Shown piece by piece: positions 35,850 through 45,508 of a stretch of 47,436 nt of DNA (positions are counted from its first letter, which is position 1; every line of letters starts with the position of its first letter). Source of the DNA: an uncultured Bacilli bacterium (GTDB lineage Bacteria; Bacillota_I; Bacilli_A; RF39; UBA660); NCBI GenBank assembly GCA_944371435.1, contig CALVXQ010000001.1:1-47436 (forward strand), given 5' to 3'. The notes under the pieces were generated by a model that had not been told where the DNA came from, did no database searches, and saw only the letters and a list, made by a program, of their open reading frames with translations. The position numbers and the translations under genes are program-made.

Positions 35850-36095
35850 ATGAATTTAAAAGAATTTACTGAATTTTTAGTAAAATCAGTCGCTACTAAT
35901 CCAGAATATGTTCGTGTATCTGAGTTTAGTGGGGAAGAAGACTCTATTATTTTAGAAGTAATTGTCAGTGATAAGGATCGTTCCATTGTAATTGGTAAAG
36001 GCGGTCGTATGGCAAATGCTATTAGAACTTTAGTTCAAGCCCAAGCTTATATGAAAGGTTTGAAAAAAGTTAAATTAAATATAGATTCTTTTTAA
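35850..36095 (+). CDS. KH-domain RNA-binding protein (YlqC-like)
   Basis: I take the start at ATG 35850 (MNLKEFTEFLVKS...). The track ORF begins at 35820, inside rpsP. The KH motif is IGKGGRMANAIRTLV. Confidence 0.85.
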   Translation: MNLKEFTEFLVKSVATNPEYVRVSEFSGEEDSIILEVIVSDKDRSIVIGKGGRMANAIRTLVQAQAYMKGLKKVKLNIDSF

Positions 36096-36117
36096 GATAC
36101 GAAAGTATCTTTTTTTT
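36094..36117 (+). terminator. rho-independent terminator
   Basis: AAGATAC, then loop gaaa, then GTATCTT, followed by a T-run. Confidence 0.75.
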
Positions 36118-36152
36118 ATTGTCTTTTCATGCTATAATTTAGGAAGAATAGG

Positions 36153-38492
36153 ATGTGTAATATGAACGAAATTGAAAGAATTGATGCTTATTTTCGTGCT
36201 GCCAATTATGTTGCTTTAGGTCAATTATATTTAGTAGATAACCCTCTATTAAAAAGACCTTTAAAAATGAGTGATTTAAAGAAGAAATTAGTTGGCCATT
36301 GGGGAACAGTTCCTGGACAGAATTTTATTTATACTCATTTGAATTATGTAATTAAAAAATATAATTTAAACATGATTTATGTTTGCGGCCCTGGTCATGG
36401 GGGAAACTTTTTTGTTGCTCAAGATTACTTGGATGGTACTTATAGTGAAATTTATCCTGAATTTACGCAAGATGCTTCGGGTTTAAAAAAACTTTTTAAA
36501 CATTTTTCCTTTCCTTATGGTATAGGTTCTCATGCTACCCCAGAAGTCCCTGGTTCAATTAATGAAGGTGGCGAACTTGGTTATAGTCTTGCTCATGCTT
36601 TTGGGGCGGTTTTAGATAATCCATCTTTGATAGCAGCATGTGTGATTGGGGATGGGGAAGCCGAAACAGGACCATTGGCTACTAGTTGGCATGGTAATAA
36701 ATTTATTAATCCAAAGAAAGATGGTATAGTATTACCTATTTTACATTTGAATGGTTATAAGATTAGTAGTCCTACTATTTTTTCTAGAATGTCTGATAAA
36801 AGTTTAACTTATTACTTTGCTGGTTTAGGATATCGTCCTTTCTTTGTTGAAGGCAGTGATACTTTGGCAATGCATAAACAGATGATGAATGCTTTAGATG
36901 AAGTATTGCAAATGATTAAGAAAATAAAAGAAAATGTTGCTGTAAATGAAAATATTAAGTTTTATTATCCTATGATTATAGTAAGAAGTCCAAAGGGATG
37001 GACTGGAATAAAAGAGTTAAATGGTACTAAAATTGAAGGAACTTTTCATGCTCATCAAATTCCTTTAACGCCGACAAATGAAAAAGAACTTAAGTTATTA
37101 GAAGATTGGTTTCGTAGTTATCGACCAGAAGAATTGTTTGATAATAATGGCACTTTAAAAAAAGAAATTAGGGATATTGCACCGACTGGTTTAAAAAGAA
37201 TGGGTGCTAATCCTATAACTAATGGAGGATTACTACGTCATCCTTTAGAATTGCCTGATATTAAAAATTATCAAGTTGAGATAAATGCTCATGGTTTAGT
37301 AAAAGCTCAAGATACTTTAGTGTTTTCTAGTTATTTAAAAGATGTATTTAAGTTTAATGAGTTAAATCAAAATCTCCGTTTATTTTGTCCTGATGAAGCA
37401 ATGTCTAATCGTTTATATGATATATTTAAAGAAACTAATCGTACTTGGCAAATGCCTAAAATAGAAACCGATGAATATTTAAGTTCAACTGGCAGAATAA
37501 TGGATTCTTTCTTATCGGAACACTTATGTGAAGGAATGCTAGAAGGTTATATTTTAACAGGACGTCATGGTATATTTGCTAGTTATGAAGCCTTTATAAG
37601 AGTTATAGATTCAATGGCTTCGCAACATGCTAAATGGCTTAAAATGGCTAATGAAGTTGATTTCCGTCGCCCTATATCTTCTTTGAATATACTATTAACG
37701 AGTAATGTATGGCAACAAGATCATAATGGGTACACGCATCAAGAACCAGGATTTCTTGATCATCTTGCTAATAAAAATCCAAATTTTGTCCGTTTGTATT
37801 TACCAGCCGATGCTAATTCTTTATTAGTAGTAGGACAAAATGCTTTAAAATCAACAAATAAGATAAACGTAATAGTAGCATCGAAGCACCCATCTTATCA
37901 ATGGCTTACTTTAGATGAGGCAATTGTTCATTGCAGTAAAGGTTTAGGTATCTGGAATTTTGCTTCTAATGATAAAGAATACACTGATATTGTAATTGCA
38001 ACTTGTGGGGATACACCAACAATCGAAGGTTTAGCTGCAACTTCAATTTTAAGAGAATATTTACCAAAATTAAAAATTCGTTTTATAAATATAGTTGATT
38101 TAATGCGCCTAGAAGATAAAGTAGTAAATCCTCATGGAATAAGTGATGATGAATATGATTTATTATTTACTAAGGATAAACCAATTATTTTCGTTTATCA
38201 TGGTTATCCTGGTTTGATAAAGAATTTTCTATTTAATCGCCATAATCATAATATTCATATTGCTGGTTATATTGAAGAGGGAAGTATTACAACTTCATTT
38301 GATATGCGTGTTAGAAATAAAATTGATCGTTATCACCTTGTTATGCAAGCAGTAAAAATGCTTCCTAATTTAGGAAACGATGGAACTTATTTATATGAAA
38401 TTATGCAAGAAAAATTAATTAAGCATACTAATTATATTAAAAAGTATGGAATTGATATGGAAGAAATTAGAGACTGGCAATGGGTAGATTAA
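36153..38492 (+). CDS. xfp: xylulose-5-P/fructose-6-P phosphoketolase
   Basis: YFRAANY...GQLYL.DNPLL, GHWGT.PG, EGGELGYSL and GDGEAETGP are present. The length of 779 aa is typical. Confidence 0.95.
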   Translation: MCNMNEIERIDAYFRAANYVALGQLYLVDNPLLKRPLKMSDLKKKLVGHWGTVPGQNFIYTHLNYVIKKYNLNMIYVCGPGHGGNFFVAQDYLDGTYSEIYPEFTQDASGLKKLFKHFSFPYGIGSHATPEVPGSINEGGELGYSLAHAFGAVLDNPSLIAACVIGDGEAETGPLATSWHGNKFINPKKDGIVLPILHLNGYKISSPTIFSRMSDKSLTYYFAGLGYRPFFVEGSDTLAMHKQMMNALDEVLQMIKKIKENVAVNENIKFYYPMIIVRSPKGWTGIKELNGTKIEGTFHAHQIPLTPTNEKELKLLEDWFRSYRPEELFDNNGTLKKEIRDIAPTGLKRMGANPITNGGLLRHPLELPDIKNYQVEINAHGLVKAQDTLVFSSYLKDVFKFNELNQNLRLFCPDEAMSNRLYDIFKETNRTWQMPKIETDEYLSSTGRIMDSFLSEHLCEGMLEGYILTGRHGIFASYEAFIRVIDSMASQHAKWLKMANEVDFRRPISSLNILLTSNVWQQDHNGYTHQEPGFLDHLANKNPNFVRLYLPADANSLLVVGQNALKSTNKINVIVASKHPSYQWLTLDEAIVHCSKGLGIWNFASNDKEYTDIVIATCGDTPTIEGLAATSILREYLPKLKIRFINIVDLMRLEDKVVNPHGISDDEYDLLFTKDKPIIFVYHGYPGLIKNFLFNRHNHNIHIAGYIEEGSITTSFDMRVRNKIDRYHLVMQAVKMLPNLGNDGTYLYEIMQEKLIKHTNYIKKYGIDMEEIRDWQWVD

Positions 38493-38506
38493 AAAATACC
38501 CTTTTT

Positions 38507-39028
38507 TTAATGTTGGGAATTATCTTGTAATATATTTAATTTTTGATATTTTTTAAGAGCCTGATAAACTTTATCTTTATGATCTATATTAATAGTAATT
38601 ATAAAATGAGCAAAACTTTTAGGAAGAAAAGAAATAGTGTGTTTATTAATAATTATCCATTCGATATTATCCCAATAAAGTTTTGTAGTCATCTTATTTT
38701 TTTCAGAAACTTCAACCCCGGTTTCATCAATTTTGGTAGTTAAGTCTTCCTGTTTTAAATATTCTCTAATTTTATATTTGGTTTCTACTAAAGAATAGAT
38801 ATATATAATAAGTAATATTAGACATAAAGCAACTACAAATATTATTTCTTGAACTATTATAGAAATAATTGCTAAAATACTTAAAATTACTATATAGCTA
38901 ATATAAGTATTTACTAAAGAATGAACTTTAGCATGTGGTCTTTTCTTTAATAGATAGTAGTTATTCTGGATGTAAATAACCTCATCCCAGTATTTTATAT
39001 TTTTATCGTTTTTTTCATTAATAATCAT
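38507..39028 (-). CDS. membrane protein with YcxB-like C-terminal domain
   Basis: Two central transmembrane helices are followed by a bPH/YcxB-like tail (TKLYWDNIEWIIINKHTISFLP). Family recognition is weak. Confidence 0.4.
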   Translation of the reverse strand: MIINEKNDKNIKYWDEVIYIQNNYYLLKKRPHAKVHSLVNTYISYIVILSILAIISIIVQEIIFVVALCLILLIIYIYSLVETKYKIREYLKQEDLTTKIDETGVEVSEKNKMTTKLYWDNIEWIIINKHTISFLPKSFAHFIITINIDHKDKVYQALKKYQKLNILQDNSQH

Positions 39029-39144
39029 TTTTTTACCTACCTTTTTTAAATTATACCATTAATAAAAACTTTAGATAAGATTAATTTAAAAATAATTGTA
39101 CTTGCATATAAAATAAGATATAATTGAGTTATTAGGAGTTTGAA

Positions 39145-39822
39145 ATGAAGGAAGTTGACTTTTTTAAAATATATATCCCTATAATTACGATTTTGGTTAT
39201 AATTCTATGTGTTTTTGCTGTAAGATTGAACGAAAAAAATGAATCTTTAAATAATGAAACTGCCGATGGTATTCGTTTTCAAGAAGAGTATTCTAGTTTG
39301 AATGATAAGTTAAATGCTGATGGTATCATCTATCCTGCCGTTAATTTAGATAGTGATAATCTTTATTATTATGCTTCGGAAAATGAGATTATTGAGGTTT
39401 TAAAAAGTAAGACAGGAATAATTTATTTTGGGTATCCAACTTGTATTGAATGCCGAATAAACATTGATTTATTAAATAGTAAGGCTAAGGAATATAATAT
39501 TGATAAGATTTATTATTACAATATTAAACCAATAAGAAGTAGTTTTTCGTTTAATGAAAAAAATGAATTAGTTACTAATAAAGGAACGGAATTTTATTAT
39601 GAATTATTAGATCTTTTAGATGATTATCTTGATTATGATACTTTAGTTAATCTTGATGGGGATGAGGTATTAAGTACTGAAAAGTGGCTTTTGCCTTGCG
39701 TGATATTTGTTAAAGAAGGAAAAATAGTTGGTTTTATCTCTGATTTTAATGATGATAGTAATTTGAATTTAGAAGATATGTTTGTAAATAATTTAGAAAA
39801 TATATGTAATGGGAAATGTTAA
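39145..39822 (+). CDS. membrane-anchored thioredoxin-fold protein (CxxC)
   Basis: It has an N-terminal transmembrane anchor. The motif is IIYFGYPTCIECRIN (C-I-E-C), and the C-terminus is CNGKC. Confidence 0.5.
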   Translation: MKEVDFFKIYIPIITILVIILCVFAVRLNEKNESLNNETADGIRFQEEYSSLNDKLNADGIIYPAVNLDSDNLYYYASENEIIEVLKSKTGIIYFGYPTCIECRINIDLLNSKAKEYNIDKIYYYNIKPIRSSFSFNEKNELVTNKGTEFYYELLDLLDDYLDYDTLVNLDGDEVLSTEKWLLPCVIFVKEGKIVGFISDFNDDSNLNLEDMFVNNLENICNGKC

Positions 39823-39855
39823 AGCATTTCTTTTAACGACTAAAGGTGGGTTTAT

Positions 39856-41127
39856 ATGAGTAGTAGTTTATTGCCAGCAGATATTTATACTGTTTTAAAT
39901 CGAACAATTTTAACTAATGAAGATAAAAATAACTTAATTGCATTATATGAACCAATTATTGGTCCAATCGCCGTATCCTTATATTTAACTTTATGGCGTG
40001 ATTTAGATTACAATCAATATATGAGTAAAGATTATACTCATCATCATTTAATGACTATTATTAAGACTGACCTGCAAAGTATTAAGATAGCTAGAGAAGC
40101 CTTAGAAGCAGTTGGTTTATTACGCACCTTTTATAAAGAAGGTGATGTTAATTCTTATGTTTATGAATTGTATTCACCTATGAGTCCTAAAGAATTCTTA
40201 AATCATCCAGTGTTAAACGTGGTTTTATATAACAATATTGGTAAGAGTGAATATGATGCTATAAAACAGAATTATCAAAATATTAATGTCGATTTAAGTG
40301 GTTATGAGGATATTTCTAAAACTTTAAATATGACTTTTAAAAGTTCTAATATTGTTCCTGAGTTTGATGTTCGTGATCGCAAATATTTAAGTGTTAATGC
40401 TAGTAATATTATTGATTTTGAGTTATTAAAATCTTCTATTCCTAAAGGAATTCTAAATGAAAGAGCATTAAACAAGAAGGTCCGTGAATTAATTGAAAAT
40501 TTAGCTTTTGTTTATAACTTAGATACATTAAAGATGGCTGAAATCATTCGTAGTGCTTTAAATGAACGGGGGTTAATTGTTACTGATTCTTTAAGAAAAT
40601 ATGCTCGTAATTATTATACATATCAAAATAATGGTAAGTTACCAACTTTAATTTATCGTAGTCAACCAGAATATTTAAAAAGTCCTGCTGGCGATACATC
40701 GAAAAGAGCTAAGATTATTTATGTTTTTGAAAATACTAGGCCTTATGACTTTTTAAAAAGTAAATATCATGGTGTAACACCAACTAATCGTGATTTACGT
40801 TTATTAGAAAATTTAATGTGTGATTTAGAATTAAAGCCCGCTGTAGTGAATGTTTTAATCGATTATGTGTTAAAAAAGAATAATAATAAACTAAATCAAG
40901 CTTTTGTTGAGACTATTGCTGGTCAATGGAAAAGAAGTGGAATTGAAACTGCTGATGAAGCAATGCGATTTGCTGAAAAAGAACAGAAGAAGATGATGAA
41001 AAAAGCTCCTACGAATATTAAAACACCTGAGGCAACTCCTGTCTGGTTTAAAGAAGAAATAAAAAGTAATGAAGCTAGTGCGGAAGAACAGAAAGAATTA
41101 GAAGAATTGTTGAAAGGGTTAGAGTAA
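39856..41127 (+). CDS. dnaB: replication initiation/membrane attachment protein DnaB (DnaD-domain family)
   Basis: DnaB_2/DnaD-like repeats are present (...ENLMCDLELKPAVVNVLIDYVL...QAFVETIAGQWKRSGIETADEAM). It is followed directly by dnaI, as in Bacilli. Confidence 0.7.
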   Translation: MSSSLLPADIYTVLNRTILTNEDKNNLIALYEPIIGPIAVSLYLTLWRDLDYNQYMSKDYTHHHLMTIIKTDLQSIKIAREALEAVGLLRTFYKEGDVNSYVYELYSPMSPKEFLNHPVLNVVLYNNIGKSEYDAIKQNYQNINVDLSGYEDISKTLNMTFKSSNIVPEFDVRDRKYLSVNASNIIDFELLKSSIPKGILNERALNKKVRELIENLAFVYNLDTLKMAEIIRSALNERGLIVTDSLRKYARNYYTYQNNGKLPTLIYRSQPEYLKSPAGDTSKRAKIIYVFENTRPYDFLKSKYHGVTPTNRDLRLLENLMCDLELKPAVVNVLIDYVLKKNNNKLNQAFVETIAGQWKRSGIETADEAMRFAEKEQKKMMKKAPTNIKTPEATPVWFKEEIKSNEASAEEQKELEELLKGLE

Positions 41128-42002
41128 TGAATATAGTTGGAAATAGTAAAATGGTCGAAAATTCGGTTAAGGAAAATTATTATAAAGCAATTAATAATCC
41201 TAAATTACAGAATTTGCTTAGTAAGTTAAATGTTTCCGAAGAAGAAGTAAAAAATAATATAACTAAGTTAGAAGAAACATTAAGACAATTAGAAAATTGT
41301 CAAAATTGTAAAGGATTGTCATCTTGTTCTAATCCTACTAATGGTTGTGTAGTTTATCCTAAAAATTATAATAATCATTTAGAGTTTTGCTATTTAGCTT
41401 GTCGTTATAAGAAAGAAAGAATTAAACAAGATAAAGAAAAGATGACGCAAGAAAAAGTCTTAGCTAATGCTTCTTTAAAAGATTTAGATACGACAGATAA
41501 AAATCGTTATCCTTTAATAAAATGGGTTACTAAGTTTATTAAAGAATATGATAATACTAAAAATAATAAGGGATTATATTTACATGGTAACTTTGGTTGT
41601 GGGAAAACATTTATTTTAGCTTGTTTATTTAATGAAATGAAATCCCGTGGGTATAGTAGTGCAATTGTATATTTTCCTAGTTTATTAAGGGATATTAAAG
41701 GGGATTTTGATAGTATGGCCGATACTTTAAATTATTTAGATGATGTTGATTTATTATTAATCGATGATATAGGAGCAGAAAAAGTTACTGAATGGGGACG
41801 AGATGAAATTTTAGGAACTATTTTACAGTATCGAATGAATAATATGAAAACTACTTTTTTTACTTCTAATTTTAATATTTCGGAGTTAGAAAAACATCTA
41901 TCTAATAATGGAATTGATTCGATTAAGGCTAATCGTATTATTGAGAGAATTAAATATTTGACTATAGATATGGAAATGGTTAGTAAGAATATGCGTAAGT
42001 AG
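41127..42002 (+). CDS. dnaI: primosomal helicase loader DnaI
   Basis: It has an N-terminal Cys cluster (CQNCKG..SC), Walker A GNFGCGKT and Walker B LLLIDDIGAE. Confidence 0.85.
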   Translation: MNIVGNSKMVENSVKENYYKAINNPKLQNLLSKLNVSEEEVKNNITKLEETLRQLENCQNCKGLSSCSNPTNGCVVYPKNYNNHLEFCYLACRYKKERIKQDKEKMTQEKVLANASLKDLDTTDKNRYPLIKWVTKFIKEYDNTKNNKGLYLHGNFGCGKTFILACLFNEMKSRGYSSAIVYFPSLLRDIKGDFDSMADTLNYLDDVDLLLIDDIGAEKVTEWGRDEILGTILQYRMNNMKTTFFTSNFNISELEKHLSNNGIDSIKANRIIERIKYLTIDMEMVSKNMRK

Positions 42003-42056
42003 TCTTTGACTATTTATAGAAATATATATATAATTAACTAAAGTGGAGGAATTGTT

Positions 42057-42782
42057 ATGGAAGAATTAAAGATACCTAATCACGTTGCCATTATATTAGA
42101 TGGTAATAGAAGATGGGCAAGGGAACATTTTTTACCCCAATTAGAAGGACATCGTCGGGGATTTGAAAATATTAGAAAGTTAGCAAAATATATTTTTAAT
42201 AAAGGTGTTAAGTATTTATCAGTTTTTGCTTTTTCGACAGAAAATTTTAAAAGAAGTGCGGAAGAAGTAAAATATTTAATGGATATGTTCGTTAATGGAT
42301 TTAGAACAGAATTTGATGAATTACATAAGAATAATATTAAAGTAATATTTAGTGGTACAAAAGAAAATTTACGTGAAGATGTTATTAGTGCTATGAATGA
42401 AATTACAGAAATTACTAAAAATAATACTAAAGCAGTATTTAATATATGTCTTAATTATGGTGGTCATAGAGAAATAGTTGATACTACTAAATTAATTGCA
42501 CAAGAATATAAAGATGGGAAGATAAAATTAGATGATATAACAGAAGATTATTTTGCAACTAAGCTCTACCATGATTTGCCTCCTATTGATTTGTTAATTA
42601 GAACGAGTGGAGAATATCGTGTTAGTAATTTTATGTTATGGCAATTATCTTATGCAGAATTTTATTTTCCTAAGTGTCATTGGCCAGCATTTGATGAACA
42701 TGAATTTGATAAAGCTTTAATAGAATATAATAAAAGGGATAGAAGGCTAGGAGGTAATAGTAGTGAGAAAAAGAATAATTAG
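42057..42782 (+). CDS. uppS: undecaprenyl diphosphate synthase
   Basis: HVAIILDGNRRWA, FAFSTENF.R and IRTSGEYRVSNFMLWQ..YAEFYF are present. Confidence 0.95.
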   Translation: MEELKIPNHVAIILDGNRRWAREHFLPQLEGHRRGFENIRKLAKYIFNKGVKYLSVFAFSTENFKRSAEEVKYLMDMFVNGFRTEFDELHKNNIKVIFSGTKENLREDVISAMNEITEITKNNTKAVFNICLNYGGHREIVDTTKLIAQEYKDGKIKLDDITEDYFATKLYHDLPPIDLLIRTSGEYRVSNFMLWQLSYAEFYFPKCHWPAFDEHEFDKALIEYNKRDRRLGGNSSEKKNN

Positions 42783-43542
42783 TAGTATTATTATTGCATT
42801 AATATTTGTTCCAGTTTTTCTTTTAGGTGGTTTGATTTTTAAATTATTTTGTGGGGTATTGGGTATATTAGCTTATAATGAAATTGTTTCTTTACCAAAG
42901 TTTAAAAAATTACCAAGTATTATAAAACTTTTAGGAGTATTTTCACTAATTTTATTAATGTTTGTTACTAATGGTTACTCGATATATTTGGGTGTAAGTT
43001 ATGAAAGTCTTATTATTACTTTTATCACTTTATTTTTACCAGTTTTATTCGTTAAAAAATATGATAGTGACCTAGCTTTAAATTTAAGTAGTTTTACAAT
43101 TTTATTAGGCTTATTTTTGAATTCAGTTTTAATGATTAATGAGAGTAATAAATGGGTATTACTATATATAGTGATAGTAACATGTTGTACCGATGTATTT
43201 GCTTATTTAATAGGCAGTATATTTGGAAAACATAAATTTACTCCCATATCTCCTAATAAGACATTAGAAGGTTCAGTTGGTGGTATCGTAGCTGCCACAA
43301 TAGCAGGCACTATTTATTATTTAAACGTTTTTCCTGGTAGTGGTATATTTAAGATGCTTATAATTAGTGCTTTTCTAGCTTTAATGAGTGAAGTTGGAGA
43401 TTTAATTTTTAGTAAAATTAAAAGAGATAATGAAATTAAAGATTTTTCTAATTTAATACCAGGACATGGGGGAATACTAGATCGTTTAGATAGTTTAATG
43501 TTTTGTTTATTAACTTACGTATTATTATGTACTTTATTATAA
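42763..43542 (+). CDS. cdsA: phosphatidate cytidylyltransferase
   Basis: It has a GTG start with GGAGG 8 nt upstream and is polytopic. The motifs are SP.KT.EGS.GG and GHGGILDR.DS. Confidence 0.9.
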   Translation: MRKRIISSIIIALIFVPVFLLGGLIFKLFCGVLGILAYNEIVSLPKFKKLPSIIKLLGVFSLILLMFVTNGYSIYLGVSYESLIITFITLFLPVLFVKKYDSDLALNLSSFTILLGLFLNSVLMINESNKWVLLYIVIVTCCTDVFAYLIGSIFGKHKFTPISPNKTLEGSVGGIVAATIAGTIYYLNVFPGSGIFKMLIISAFLALMSEVGDLIFSKIKRDNEIKDFSNLIPGHGGILDRLDSLMFCLLTYVLLCTLL

Positions 43543-43554
43543 AAGAATAGGAGA

Positions 43555-44610
43555 ATGGTTATGTGGATAGTGTATTTGATAATTTTAATTATAATGCTTG
43601 GTTCTTTGATTTTAGTTCATGAATTAGGGCATTTTTTAGTAGCTAAAAAATGTGGTGTCCATATCTATGAATTTTCAATTGGCATGGGTCCTATTATTCA
43701 TAAACACATAGGAAAAGATAATATTCAGTATTCCATTAGGGCTTTACCTATTGGTGGGTATGTTCAAATGGCTGGAGAAGTTACTGAAGATGATGATAAT
43801 ATTAAAAAATCGGATTTTATGTGCAATAAAAAATGGTGGCAGAGAATATTAATATTAATTGCTGGCGTTACAATGAACTTTATTACTGCCTTTATCTTAT
43901 TGTTTATCGTAGCCTTAATTTGGGGTGCAAGTTCAACTGATCCAATTGTTACATCAGTTATGGAAAATTCAGCTTATGCTGAAGCCGGTGGGCTTGCTGG
44001 TGATACGATTTTAGAAGTTGATGGCAAAAGAACTAAGACATGGGATAGAGCTCAAGTATTATTAATTTTAAGTAATGATACTGGTTATTATAACATTAAA
44101 GTAAGACATGAAGATGGTACGGAAGAGACTTTAAAAGTAACTCCTAAGGATACTGTTTTGGAAGATGGTACGTCATCGAAAGTATTTGGTATATCCGTAG
44201 TTCCTACTGTTGAAAGAGGATTAATCCCTTCTTTAAAATATGCTTTTTCTAAATTTACAAGTATATATCAATCTATGTTTACGATTATTGGGGGATTATT
44301 TACGGGACGTATTTCAACTAATTCTTTATCTGGTCCCGTAGGTATTTATTCTATCGTTGAGCAATCATTTGCTTTAGGTCTATCGCAACTTTTATATTTG
44401 ACAGCTTATATTTCTATTAATTTAGGTTTTATGAATTTATTACCATTCCCAGCTTTTGATGGTGGACATATAGTATTTGTTCTTATTGAAAAATTAAGAG
44501 GAAAACCGGTTGATAAAAATATTGAAGGCTGGTTCCATGCCGTAGGTTTTATGCTTTTAATGCTACTAATGATATATATAACGATAAAAGACATTATACG
44601 ATTATTTTAA
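43555..44610 (+). CDS. rseP: RIP metalloprotease RseP/RasP (M50, site-2 protease)
   Basis: It has the HELGHF zinc motif, a central PDZ-like segment, and NLLPFPAFDGGH. ATG 43561 has better ribosome-binding-site spacing than 43555. Confidence 0.9.
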   Translation: MVMWIVYLIILIIMLGSLILVHELGHFLVAKKCGVHIYEFSIGMGPIIHKHIGKDNIQYSIRALPIGGYVQMAGEVTEDDDNIKKSDFMCNKKWWQRILILIAGVTMNFITAFILLFIVALIWGASSTDPIVTSVMENSAYAEAGGLAGDTILEVDGKRTKTWDRAQVLLILSNDTGYYNIKVRHEDGTEETLKVTPKDTVLEDGTSSKVFGISVVPTVERGLIPSLKYAFSKFTSIYQSMFTIIGGLFTGRISTNSLSGPVGIYSIVEQSFALGLSQLLYLTAYISINLGFMNLLPFPAFDGGHIVFVLIEKLRGKPVDKNIEGWFHAVGFMLLMLLMIYITIKDIIRLF

Positions 44611-44634
44611 GAACATAATAAAGTGTTCTTTTTT
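44611..44634 (+). terminator. rho-independent terminator of rseP
   Basis: GAACA, then loop taataaag, then TGTTC, followed by T6. It directly abuts copy B of the intergenic element. Confidence 0.6.
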
Positions 44635-44797
44635 CTTTGCTTACCGGACGCCAGCCATAGCTATCAATAACTCTACTGCCGTAGATGAAGCCGGCTGTTC
44701 CCTGAAGAAACTCAAACGTTGAGAAATAATAAGTATCAAGGTCATTCGGCGACATAGCCCAATAAGAAACATTTGGTGATTATTAGTAAATCGATTC
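44635..44797. repeat. GC-enriched about 160-nt intergenic element, copy B (candidate structured ncRNA or modular dispersed repeat)
   Basis: See copy A for the shared ends. Internal hairpins seen by eye (plus-strand notation) are TCTAC-tgcc-GTAGA, CTCAA-acg-TTGAG and CAGCC...GGCTG. It lies between rseP and comEA. Confidence 0.6.
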
Positions 44798-44857
44798 CAA
44801 AGATAAAAATTAAAAGGAATTAGATATTGTTTAGATAATATATATAGTGGAGGATTT

Positions 44858-45508
44858 ATGATAGACATTATATTAAATTATTTAAAAGATAATATTCTTT
44901 CTTTAATTATTATTTTTCTTAATATATTTATAATAGGAATATTAGTTTATTTTAACTTTTTTGAAGAGGAACCGATTCTTGAAGAACCTATTGAAGAAGT
45001 AATTAGTGTTATTGAAACTGAACCAATTGAGGAGGAAGCTTCTTTATTAGTTGATGTTAAAGGGGCTGTGAAAAAACCGGGAGTTTATGAGGTAACTAAT
45101 GATACTATAGTTAATGATTGTATTAAGTTAGCTGGTGGTTTAAAGAGTGATGCTGATACTAATACTATAAATTTAAGTAAAAAAGTAGTTAATGAAATGG
45201 TTATATATATTCCCGAAAAGGAAGAGGTCAAAGAATCTCCTCCTTTAAATGATGCAGTTATTGATAATACTCCAATAATAGGTACGGGGACAGAAGAAAA
45301 TAATCCTTCTTCTGATAAAAAAATAAATATTAATACCGCAACCCTTAGTGAATTACAAGAATTAGATGGTATTGGTGAAAGTAAAGCCCAAAGCATAATC
45401 GATTATCGTAATGAAGTCGGTTTATTTAAAGATATTAATGAATTAATGAATGTATCAGGTATTGGAGAAACCGTATTTGCAAAAATTAAGGACAATATTA
45501 CAATCTAA
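44858..45508 (+). CDS. comEA: competence protein ComEA (DNA receptor)
   Basis: It has an N-terminal anchor, an SLBB-like segment VDVKGAVKKPGVYEV, and a C-terminal helix-hairpin-helix INTATLSELQELDGIGESKAQSIIDYR....F. Confidence 0.85.
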   Translation: MIDIILNYLKDNILSLIIIFLNIFIIGILVYFNFFEEEPILEEPIEEVISVIETEPIEEEASLLVDVKGAVKKPGVYEVTNDTIVNDCIKLAGGLKSDADTNTINLSKKVVNEMVIYIPEKEEVKESPPLNDAVIDNTPIIGTGTEENNPSSDKKININTATLSELQELDGIGESKAQSIIDYRNEVGLFKDINELMNVSGIGETVFAKIKDNITI

